Shown here piece by piece: positions 27,590-37,900 of a DNA stretch of 64,000 bases (the first letter of the stretch is position 1; each line of letters opens with the position of its first letter). Source of the DNA: Balanoglossus misakiensis. Its lineage: Eukaryota; Animalia; Hemichordata. The notes beneath the pieces were generated by a model, which was not told the origin of the DNA, searched no databases, and saw only the letters and a list, made by a program, of their open reading frames with translations. A program made the translations under genes and the position numbers. The stretch covers positions 8,202,325-8,266,324 of the forward strand of contig CM082582.2 of NCBI GenBank assembly GCA_040954595.2, written 5' to 3'.

Positions 27590-29322
27590 AAAATTGTTTG
27601 AATGTGGTGTGGTGTTGTATTATAGGGCAGCTTCCTGAGCATTGTTGACAAGTCAGTGTTTTTGACGCAATTTTTTTTGTCTTTTTTGACAGGACTTTGT
27701 GAATGAGTATGAAAGTAAACTGAAAAGGCTTCACAGCATGTGTGATGAAATGAGAAAACTGTACAATCAGGTCTTGGTAAGTGATATCAAGCAGCATCAC
27801 TCAGAGTACCCCAGTGTTGTGTGAATGTTGTGCAATTTGAATATCCTGATTTTTGTTTGTTGACGTCTTTTCAGATGATCTACGGTGAACCACAAGGTAC
27901 TGGGTCAGAAGAGTTCTTCATCTGCATTGCGGAATTCCTCAAGGCTTTTAAGAAAGAAGTCAAATCTTTCAACGTAACCATTGAAGATAGTCCTGGGTAA
28001 GATTTTGCTACATTGAATGATCTGTCGTTAAATTGTGCTCACAGGTGGCCATTGCCTATTGACAGTGGACTGACAACTGAAAAAAATGGCTTCTGAGAAC
28101 TCGTATAATTTGCGTGATGGTTGGCATACTGAGGACAATGTAATGTACATTGACATTTGAAGACCAAATTGACTACTTTGATGTTGGTATATAGATATTT
28201 TTATAAGTATATAGAATCAACGTTTTCACCCAAACTCTTCACAGAAGAAACTTGGCCAATATCATGAAAGCCAGCGTACCAAGCAAAAAATATGAAAACA
28301 CCAACTCGTCCAACAGCGTCAAAGCCAACAATGCGTACTCCCCCAAACATCAACCAAGCAAGCAGAGTTTGCCTCCAGAGGGCTCTCCTGTCAAAAGTCA
28401 ACCAGACCAAAGAAAGTGCTCACCCAAACGCCAAGTGGCTAAACAGAATTCAACACCAGAGGGCTACCTCGCCAGAAGGCAACCAGAGATACAGCGGGGA
28501 CACACTGTCCACAATGTCTACCAATCAGAAGAGAGCATTCCTGAGGAGGAGAGGCCCCCAGCCCTGATTCAGAAAAGCCGACCCATGAGTTTGTCTCCAC
28601 CACCGGTTGTACATCATTCTGTGAGTACAGTGTAGTAGATTTTACTGCAAAAGATGACTTCAAATTCACTTCTGGCATTTACTTTAATATATATTTGGTT
28701 ACCGTACCACTCGGAAATTCTATCTCACCAGACTGTACCAAGGAAGTCCCGCCAGCTTTGTATAGGATCAAATAGACTCACTGATAGGACAGAGATTGTA
28801 ATGTGTGTTTTTAGCTCTGGCCGTCTGTGGCTTCATTTGGAGTTCAGTGGAATTAAATTAGGTCCAGTGAAAAGTCCCTTGAGCACTGTGTCTGAGCACT
28901 GTCACATATGTGTATACGTGCACTGTTTGGGCGCTCGTAATGATATGATCACATTTATTATCAATATTGCATGTAACTTTCACACCAAACTACAGGTGGC
29001 GAAGGATAGACTATCGCCCTCGTTGTCCGGAAGACCAACTCACGAAGGGTATCTAGAGAAACTGAGCCGTGGTAAGCACCTCTCCCCGAAATGGGACAGG
29101 CGTTACTTCGAGCTGTCACAGACCGGACATTTACATTATTTCAAGAAGAAGTCAGACAAGAATCTTGGGTCCATCTACCTGAAGGGTTGCCCCGCCGGAT
29201 TGGACGAGGAAAGGAAGGTCATCATCTTGGAAACGGAAGACAGGACCTTTAAGTTAAGGGCAGACAGACCGGAAGTGGCGATCGAGTGGTTAGAGAAAAT
29301 ATTCTGTTATACAGCCAAGTGA
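16627..29322 (+). CDS. PH-domain-containing formin (PH-like + PH + FH1 + FH2 + C-terminal PH; PHCF subtype), ~1413 aa, 23 exons
   Basis: Exons: 16627-16797, 18060-18344, 19303-19485, 19828-19920, 20885-20965, 21278-21438, 21698-21856, 22035-22098, 22360-22512, 22660-22784, 22967-23817, 24714-24841, 25051-25165, 25522-25690, 25935-26112, 26479-26631, 26901-27030, 27198-27230, 27344-27444, 27693-27776, 27875-27996, 28245-28620, 28996-29322 (4242 nt, in frame). PH: VIKEGELEKK..TWVRRWVRIRHGELSYYK..RDEWWKAL. FH1 poly-Pro at ~23600-23817. FH2: KMRPFHWAKIP, SVW, LEEMF, AQNIGIFL, LAIGNFMN..AFGFKL, YGE..EEFF. C-terminal PH: HEGYLEKL..WDRRYFEL..FKLRA..EWLEKI. Confidence 0.93.
24200..24225 (+). repeat. 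(ATTC)n microsatellite, with a degenerate second tract at ~24674-24708
   Basis: attcattcattcattcattcattca is visible directly. Confidence 0.8.
26341..26433 (+). mobile_element. piggyBac-like MITE, copy 2 (formin intron)
   Basis: TTAA-cccgttcaccaccatggttcagtccaaacccattg...ggtgaaaggg-TTAA. Terminal inverted repeats are flanked by TTAA. Confidence 0.8.
27536..27587 (+). repeat. (GAT)n trinucleotide microsatellite in a formin intron
   Basis: About 17 GAT units preceded by a few GGT units. It produces the spurious poly-D, poly-M and poly-H ORFs. Confidence 0.95.
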
Positions 29323-31742
29323 TGATGGGAAAGTTAAGTCTTCCCTGTGCTTGTTTTTGTAATGTTACAAATTCTGCAATAGTCCCACTTGAAAATGGCA
29401 GAAATCTACCAGAAGTGCCCTTACGCGAAAGCTTTAAATATATAAGCTGGTTTATTTTTTTAGCACAAAGGAGCTGTGTACACAAGTGTCTGCAGTTTGC
29501 AACTTGAGTGAATTTCCATGTTTACATATGTACATACTCAAATTGTACATGTAGAGTCAATAAGGCAATAGAAGAAAATCATGTTATGAACATTACTGCA
29601 CAATTTATGGTCAGTACACAAATTGCTGTATTTTCTGTGTAAGAATAGTACAGTCTTTTCTTCAAAAATAGATATTACGGTAATGGTGTTCAACCTGGTA
29701 TGGTTAGAATCACTGCTATGTATGTAATGTAGTGAGCTTTCTATGTTTGTGACAGGTAGAACTTTTCAATACAATCATGTCTTTTGTGTATTTTTTTAAA
29801 AATTCCTATGAGTGTTGTGAATTAAAACAAAAATTCATGACACCTTTATATACACACCTTCTGTACATACAGGTAGATGCTTAGGCCATATTTTAGTTTA
29901 AGAATTTTTTAAAATTGCATGTTTTACGCTAAGATTTCTATGCAGGCTTTTTTATACTTCTTTTGATGGTGCAACAGATGAAAACTGTTGGGTTTTAATA
30001 TTTATATAAAGTGTTTGTCATCTTATAGGGAAAGCAGAGTAACAAAGCAATAATGGAGAAGTCAGGTAAAATGAGGAAATTGAACAAAAAAGTGTCTTCA
30101 TCAGAATTGTCGAGGTCAACCACTGAGAAAAATCATTCAGGTTGAATTAAGGTTAAGTTGACAGCTGAATGAAATACGGTACCACATATCAAATGCTTGA
30201 ACCTATGGAAAGCCCCACCTGGCATGCAATCCAGTCCCCCGCCCCTACATCTGAATTATTCGATATTTATGGAATTAAATATTATTTTCAACAAGATTTT
30301 GAATGTTGATTTGTAGCAATAATCACGGTCACTACGGTTTGTGGAGTGACCGTGCAATAATCAATTATTGTATGTATGCAAGTAACAGGTCTGTGTCCTT
30401 GTACTGAACATCTCTGCCAGCACATGGGAGGTGAAGACTAGGCTGTATGAACCGACAGAACCAAACATGCAAGTCGCCATTCCCAAGTTCATCCAGTGGA
30501 GACCAACCCACACACACATGAATGAATCCACCAAAACAGATAGGTTTTCTTACATGTTTATTCACAAAAAATAGCTGATCAACAAACAGAAAAGGGAAAG
30601 TTTTTGTGTATTATTCAACATACAATTCCTATTACATATTGGCTATTTTCGGGAGGAAAAATGAAGACTAAATTCATAAAATGAGAGAATTTTTTTCCAG
30701 ATTTTAATATTTTAGCAAGAAACATTAATCAGATGAGTATCCATTTTTAACACTATCTGGTAGACTTCACTTTCAAGCATTCAATTTAATATACAACAAA
30801 GAATCAGAACTACATGTGTTCTCAATTTTAATTGGTTGTTACAAGGATTATGTAAATTCTTTACAAATATACCCTATTGTGATTGGATGTTCATGCTGCC
30901 ATGCACTTTGACCCAAACTCTTGCCTGGTAACCCAGATTTTGACTTGGCACACTGCTGCATGGATCTTATAAACATTTTCTAGTCTGTAAACTATTTGTG
31001 GATCAAGTAACAAAATCTGCAAGACTGACTATCGTTAATTAAGTCAATACACAGACACAAAAAATTAAGTTCTCGTAGACTCACTCTCACATACCTTCAC
31101 CAACTGGTTTGTTGTTAGTACAATATTTTTTTCTAGATGCCACAACATAGAGTCTTGGGGGATAATTCAAAAATGCCCCCAAGACCTGAAACTGAAACCA
31201 AACTTGCATGTTGGTTACCCTGACGATATACAGCCCGGGTGAGAACATGTTACTAGCAATCAAACAAGTTTTTCCTCGCTCACCTAATTTTTTCATATTT
31301 TTTTCTAGCAAGTGTTGACCTAAACTCAGAGCAATTACGTGGAACCAACAAAAAGCGTCTCTAACCAGGCTTCACTCGAACCTCATGATTAATCAAGCAT
31401 TTCAATTTCTGATAAGGAAAAAACTAAACATTATCCAACAAGAAGTTACTTCACTGTCTTATCTAAAAAAAATGAATTCACTACAGCATACCGTTTTTGT
31501 TAATCTGTGCACTATTATTTATTTCTAACTTAGGTAGTAACCACACCTATGAGCAGTAAGACTTTTTTGATAGCTCAACTACCCTAAAGATCATCATGAG
31601 TACAATACTTATAAAAGATTTCTAATTCTCACAGCGCAGGAAATATTACATAAATGCAAAGGAAATCTAAAAAAAATTACTCAGGATCAACTATACTCTA
31701 TCTTAAGACCATTGCTTGTCCTGAATCGTTATGTTGATCTTT

Positions 31743-31834
31743 TTAACCCTTTCACCCCCATTTTCCTGTGTAAAGGTCCAACACTACCATTGGGAACAAT
31801 GGAGCTGACCAAACCATGGTGGTGAAAGGGTTAA
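31743..31834 (-). mobile_element. piggyBac-like MITE, copy 3 (reverse orientation)
   Basis: TTAA-ccctttcacc...accatggtggtgaaaggg-TTAA with perfect terminal TIRs. The internal sequence is the reverse complement of copy 2. Confidence 0.8.
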
Positions 31835-32467
31835 TGCACAGCTTATTATTGATAAGGGATTTTACAACACATGGAAGAAAATACAACTAAAGTAACATCA
31901 CTCAGGAGGAAATTTTTATTGCAAAGCATGGTTTTATATCGTATGGGTGTAAATACAGAAGGAAAAAAATAATGAACACACAGGACAGTCAAATAAAATT
32001 TTCATCAGTTTTTTTTTTACACAGGGTAGATGGAAATATTGGCTACAAAGAACAACTTTGCTGTTGTCTCAAGTTTGTGTTATTTCTCTACATGCACGTT
32101 TATACCTTTCTGGGAAAAAAGATAAATATCCATGGATATTATGAACATGAACCGTCAGTTTTGCTTCCGTAGACTAGTTTCCACGACAGAGGCAAGTTCC
32201 ATTCTCTGCCGTTTCATATTTCAGCCGATTAGTATAACCTGAACATTGCTGTGCGGGCTTCCAGAATAAAAGAACCAAAAACAAACCGAATTTGGTTTGC
32301 AATGTAGCCAGAGCGTTTTTTCCACACCAAATACAAAGAGGCAATCATGTATTACAGCTGTACTACCACAGAGACGCAGTAAGTTTTTGTGGGATTTTTT
32401 GGGGGTGTTTTTTTTTTGGTAGAAGCAAAACTGACGTTTACAAGACTTGGCGGCTCCAACGACGATA

Positions 32468-34029
32468 CTAGAATGTGGACCCTTCTGGAGGTTGTGGTAA
32501 TTTTGCATTTTCTTTTAGCGTCATCATTCTTCGTAGTTCTAGCAATATTGTCTTAATTGTAAAGCTTCTCTGCCATCGGGATAATACCTGACATGATTTG
32601 CGATCAATCTGTTGAGAGAAAAAAAGAGTTGATTCAGAGGACATGTGGAAGAAGTCTGCCCAGGGAAACCATGGTTATAGACGTTTCTTTGCATCGCATC
32701 TCTGCTTTGAATTGCAACATGGATTTTTTTGGCATCAATGGTCATATCAACTGCATGTAACATGGGCAGTGTGCAGGTTTTCAAACATGACTTTTGTTGT
32801 ATCAAGTTCTGAAGGTGACAAGGATTGTGTATAAATTCAGCCGGTGAAGAAAGAAACCAATACTTACAATTCCATTAGTACTATTGATACCATTCATGTT
32901 AATTCTTGTGATAAACCTGATATTTGGACACTCATCGGGATAGTGATTGCCACATTCTAATCTCAAGCTGTAAATACGGCTTTCGAAGGGACACTGAAAT
33001 CAAAAGACAAAAGAAAACATGAGTATCAATTCTGACTGATTTTCACTCAAGGCTTCAACACTGAAAAGATGGAAGTGTGATCCACGAGAACTCACCCTAG
33101 GGGGTCCAATGATCATACCAGTCCACCTTGACATTGACAGATCATCATCATCCTCCAAACCCCAGCTGACTGTGCCATCACCGCCTTTCTGCCCCTCCTC
33201 CAATTCATCCATCAAACGAAAATTACGAGGAACGACTGAAAAATAATGTTAAACAAGCCATTAAGAAAACAGTACTACAACTATCGTGAAATCTGAGTTT
33301 TTATAATGATGTGGTCACTGCCAAGTATACAGCTGAAGGCCGATCCTACACATTTTGGGCTGTATACGGTAACATAAGTTTCCAACACAAATGTACAGGT
33401 GAGTTTATGCAGCTACACATGATTTCGTGTATATAAAACACTCATATTTCAGTTACAATCTACACTGATGATCGTAGACGCTATAAAGGAAGTAAAACTG
33501 ATTATAAACTGCCTGGCGTCACACTTCCTGTGTGCAGTTCAACGGTTCAAAGACACGGGGAGCTGCCAGGCATGTAGGTTCATTGCCATGACATGCAAAT
33601 TTCCACCCAATGACACGGCAAACACACATCTTCCTTTGCGCCATACTTCCCTGGCGGAAATTAAAAGAAAACTATATCCGCGCCGTACTTCTAAGCTAGA
33701 GAAAATGTACCCCATGTCAAAGATGTTTAAAATCGCGTACTTGGCACAGTAATGCCAGAGAATTTTGTTTCGATTACACCGGCATGTTGCCCCAGACTCC
33801 TAAAGATACGAAGTACAAATGTCAGGGATCCATCCTCCGCGATTTCCCGCACGATTGCGTGTAAATTTCGCCTTTTCGGCACAGTTTGGCGCTGTTAAAT
33901 AAAAATATATTATTCTAACTCATCATCTCTGTGAAAATCTATCATAAGTTATTGTGTTTAAGCTGGTTATTTTAGTTTAGAAACAAAATACTCGAGAGGT
34001 TACTTACTGACTTGACTGGGCGCCGCCAT
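32468..34029 (-). CDS. UBE2V: Ubiquitin-conjugating enzyme E2 variant (UEV1/MMS2), 142 aa, 4 exons
   Basis: Exons 34029-34008, 33235-33096, 32993-32868, 32608-32468 give [34 protein letters not shown]...[10 protein letters not shown]...[12 protein letters not shown]...[38 protein letters not shown]. Minus-strand AATAAA at ~31915-31920. Confidence 0.96.
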
Positions 34030-34083
34030 TTTGTGTTTGACGATTCGGGTGGACCCCCTGCAAAGCCGACTACTTATGCGGTT

Positions 34084-34098
34084 AGCGCCCTCTAGCGA
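34084..34098 (-). promoter_or_regulatory. CTCF-like motif in the UBE2V / HEAT-gene bidirectional promoter
   Basis: AGCGCCCTCTAGCG (reverse complement CGCTAGAGGGCGCT) matches the CTCF core. It lies ~55 bp upstream of the UBE2V ATG. Confidence 0.55.
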
Positions 34099-34977
34099 CG
34101 GGAAATCAACATAACATTATCATGGCGGATAGTTTTGTAAACTGAAGTTCGTACCGGAGAGCTTCCTGTCAAATTGCGTTGAAATTGCCCATAGCAACAA
34201 GCTCGGACGTTGTCACTGAAAAGGCCGGCCTGCATGAGTACACTCGACCCGAGGTGACTTCAGCTGAGCCGTTACTCCATCCCAGAAAATATCTCGACAC
34301 ATTCTGTGGTCTGCTACCTTAGGAGATTGCTTGTCACCAACCAACGATATGCAGACGAAAAGGGCTGGCCGCTGCAGCTGGCTTCCTGTTTGAACTATCA
34401 GGTGTGCAGTTACTCTTTTTTTACCTGAACGCTTTGTCATGGCAACAGTGGCCTTCTTATACTTGGCTTGTGTTCCACCACAGAGGTATTTTTAAACTGA
34501 GGGTTTTCAAATTTGGAGTTGCGCGGGTGAAAATTACTGGTCGTTCAGACACGATCCCAGTTCATTGATTTTGTTTTATGGGATGGTGTGTCGTACGTGT
34601 GTGATAGTTAAATCATGAATGTACAATGTATACACGGTAGAATGCTGTAGACTTTTCGATCGAAACACTGGCCATTTTCCAGCTCAATAAACATGTACCC
34701 ACAAGTTATTCCCCATCTATCAATATTGTAATTAGGCTGTGGGAAGTGTGTGGCCTTTGATATAAAATTTGGGATTGTATGTCCATCATGGGATGGGTTG
34801 GCCTCTTGTGTTTAACTGTTAAATATTAATTCTGGATCTGGTGATATACAGTTGGTTAACCACAGGTACATGTATCTGGTTTTCATTGCAGGGTGTTTGA
34901 CTAATTTGGTGGCGAGTTTATTCCGTCTGGTCATTGTCATATTGATGCGTTCAGAGTGAGAAGAAGAAAAAGACAAC

Positions 34978-37900
34978 ATGGAGACACCAGATCCCCTGAG
35001 AGATTTAATAGAAGCAACAGACACAAGCCGTGAAATAGAGGCGCTGGAATCACTGGCGAAGAAACTGACACCCGAACGACAAGCTCTGTCTATCGAGGAC
35101 CTGGAACAGGAATGGCTTGAGTTAGCGTCCAGCACGTTGGGTGATGATTCCAAAGCCAGCAACCCTTTCCCGGGGAAGCAGCCGGAGCAGCTGCTGCCAA
35201 AGATTGAGGATTTGAAGATGTTCACGAGCTATCTGTTCAGGAGACGCTACGGCTGGTCGGAAGCTCTGAATGAGGAGGTCAAACTTGACTACGATCACAG
35301 CCTGGGATCTCAGCCCACTTGCCCAATTTCTGGTGAGGAGGTGAGACGCAAAGGCCGACTGAATGATTTACTGGACGATTTTCTGAAATGGTAAGTTGTT
35401 GTTGAAACTGGAAAAAAATGGAGCCTTCCCTTGAAATGTGTTCCATTACATTCTTAGTTCTAATACATCTTGCAAGGTACTGGGAAAAATTCTAGTACAG
35501 AATTGTAAATTCTGACAGCTAGCACATGCAGCTGTCAGAATTTACATTTTCTATTATCTTGCAAGTTTTAACCCTTTCACCACCATGGTTCAGTCCAAAT
35601 CCATTGCTTTCTATGGTAAAACCTGGACATATATGACAAGATGTCATATATGGTGATCTGTTTGTTGGCAACTAATTTGAAAGCTGACAATATCTGTATT
35701 ATACTATGTAGTCACAATAATTAATTGATTCATGGGGTATTACCTGTATGTAGCTGTTGCTACTAATGGCTTGTCTGTGTCATAAAAGGCCCCAGGTTAT
35801 ATAGTTCCACTGAAAAGATATTGATACATGTACTGTAAATTTACATCCAATGTACACGAGCGTGTGTAACAGTATTATTACACTCATTCCCAGGGTTAGG
35901 TTCTGTGCCATTATTGCCAACATGTAGAGAATTGGAGTGTGGTAATTATTTTATGGATGAAAACTGCTCTGGAATACAAAGCTAAACATGTCACTTTCAA
36001 TCTTGATTTCTCAATGACCTTGGGATACCCAAGTACAAGTTTTATCTATAAATAGTATGATGCTGTTTCTTCTTGTCACTGAGGAAAATATTACAGCTAA
36101 GACATGAAAACAGTAGACATAGGTTCGTTTGAAACATGAATTAATTATTGGAAGATATTTGATAATGCAATAAATTATACAAGCGTAATTGCTTTTTTTT
36201 TGCTTTTATAAATTATGACAAAAATTATCTAGATATTGAAGGAAAATACTAATGGTTCAGCTCTGTTTAGCATATTGTACATGATGTATATTTGAATTCA
36301 AATTTTAAATGATGTTGGGAAAGGGAAAAACACCTCCAGACACATAATGATATTTAAAAATTATACACTATTGTATGGTATCAAATAATCGCCTAGCAAC
36401 CAGACTGTATATACACGTGTCCAACAAAACAATATACAGAGGGTATAGTCAGTCATTTAGCAAAGGCTGGGGGGTCACAGCATGCTACAAAAGAGATGTG
36501 AACTGTGAAATATTTTAAAACTCAGGTTTGGTTTGTGTCACGTGAAAGGGTTTGTCTAATAAGGTACATTATATATAATGATGTGCAGGCTAGCAGTTGG
36601 AAAAAAAAAACATACTTTCCACTACGTTTTACCATTTTAATGGGTAGTTTCATTTCTCCATGAAATGATGCTTTTTCTGCCAACTTTTTGGAACCCTCAG
36701 CTTACTCCTGTTTTACACGAGAATATCAGTTGATCTTAGTTAGAAGTGTGAAATGTTGTTGCAGAATTTAGCTTGTATCCAAAGAATAGAGTCAGTGTCT
36801 ATTTATTGTTTAAACCTATGTGAAAAGTAATCCTCTAAGAAAATACCTGGAATTATGATGAGGCTCATCATAATTCCAGGTATTTTCTTAGTAGATATGC
36901 TTCAGAAAGTTTTATTATGATAATAAATTTAATCCCAAGAGAGATCTCAGAATTGTCTTTCATGAGACTGCACTATTTTGGGGCGCTTTTTTGTATGCAG
37001 TAAGAATTGAAAGTGTGTATTTTGCATCATAAATGCAAATGTACACCACCTAAAATAAACAGGCAACAGTTGTACGATTGAAACAATCTCACTGAGAGTA
37101 AAAAGGATCGAGATAATTGCGAGAAGATCAATTCTTTCTTTTTGATATGAAAATGAATTCTTTGTCCTGAAAATGGGTCCACAGAAAGTGTAATGGCTTG
37201 GAAAATCAATAACCTCCAGGCTCCCAGTGCGATGTACAGTACCTGTAAACAAGTCGGGCTGATTGCTATGAAAAATATCAGACGGGACTCTACTGTATGC
37301 TGATCTGTTTCACATACAGCTCTGTCAAAACTGTGTCATTTATTGCTGACGCAGACCTGTTGCACACATGTCCTGAAGTGGAGATACTTGATGCTGTGTC
37401 GACTCCCGTCATATTTAAGAGAGAATAATCTGAAGTTGCACGAGAAAAGTTTAAGTCTTTGACTTTCGGGATGCAGACTACCTTAAATTTAAACATTCAC
37501 CTTCATGAGGTTCAGATCCCTGGTGGCAATGCTATATGGCTATTTGACACACAGCATACGAAAATTCCCCTGCCGCACAAATGGTACGCCTTGGGTGTAT
37601 GTAGTTGACTTCCGACCTCACCAGGTACTACTAAAGAGCTGAAACGGCCATTAAATTACCGCAGTGCAGTAATATGAAGCACTTTTTGGGCATTTAAATT
37701 TTACCGTCTACATACATATCAGGCACCATGCAGGTACATCTACTGCAGGTACTGAATCATTTATGTATTGTGAGTAATGCTTGCAGCTGTAAAATGACCT
37801 TAAGAAATATTTATTGCAGTTTTATTTTGCTGAATTTACAACCAACATGCGATGGGATTTCTTAAGCATTACATGTAGTTACGTACACAGTCAACTGACT

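Noticed and set aside
27419-27800. Poly-Asp, poly-Met and poly-His ORFs
   Set aside because: They are translations of an intronic (GAT)n microsatellite.
28654-28995. N-terminal half of ORF 28654-29322 as a separate PH-protein gene
   Set aside because: It is intronic. The acceptor at 28995 joins formin exon 22 in phase 0.
30324-30354. RAG/Transib recombination-signal-like element
   Set aside because: It has CAC ends, but CACGGTC is not the CACAGTG heptamer, there is no nonamer, and the TSD is 7 bp rather than 5 bp.
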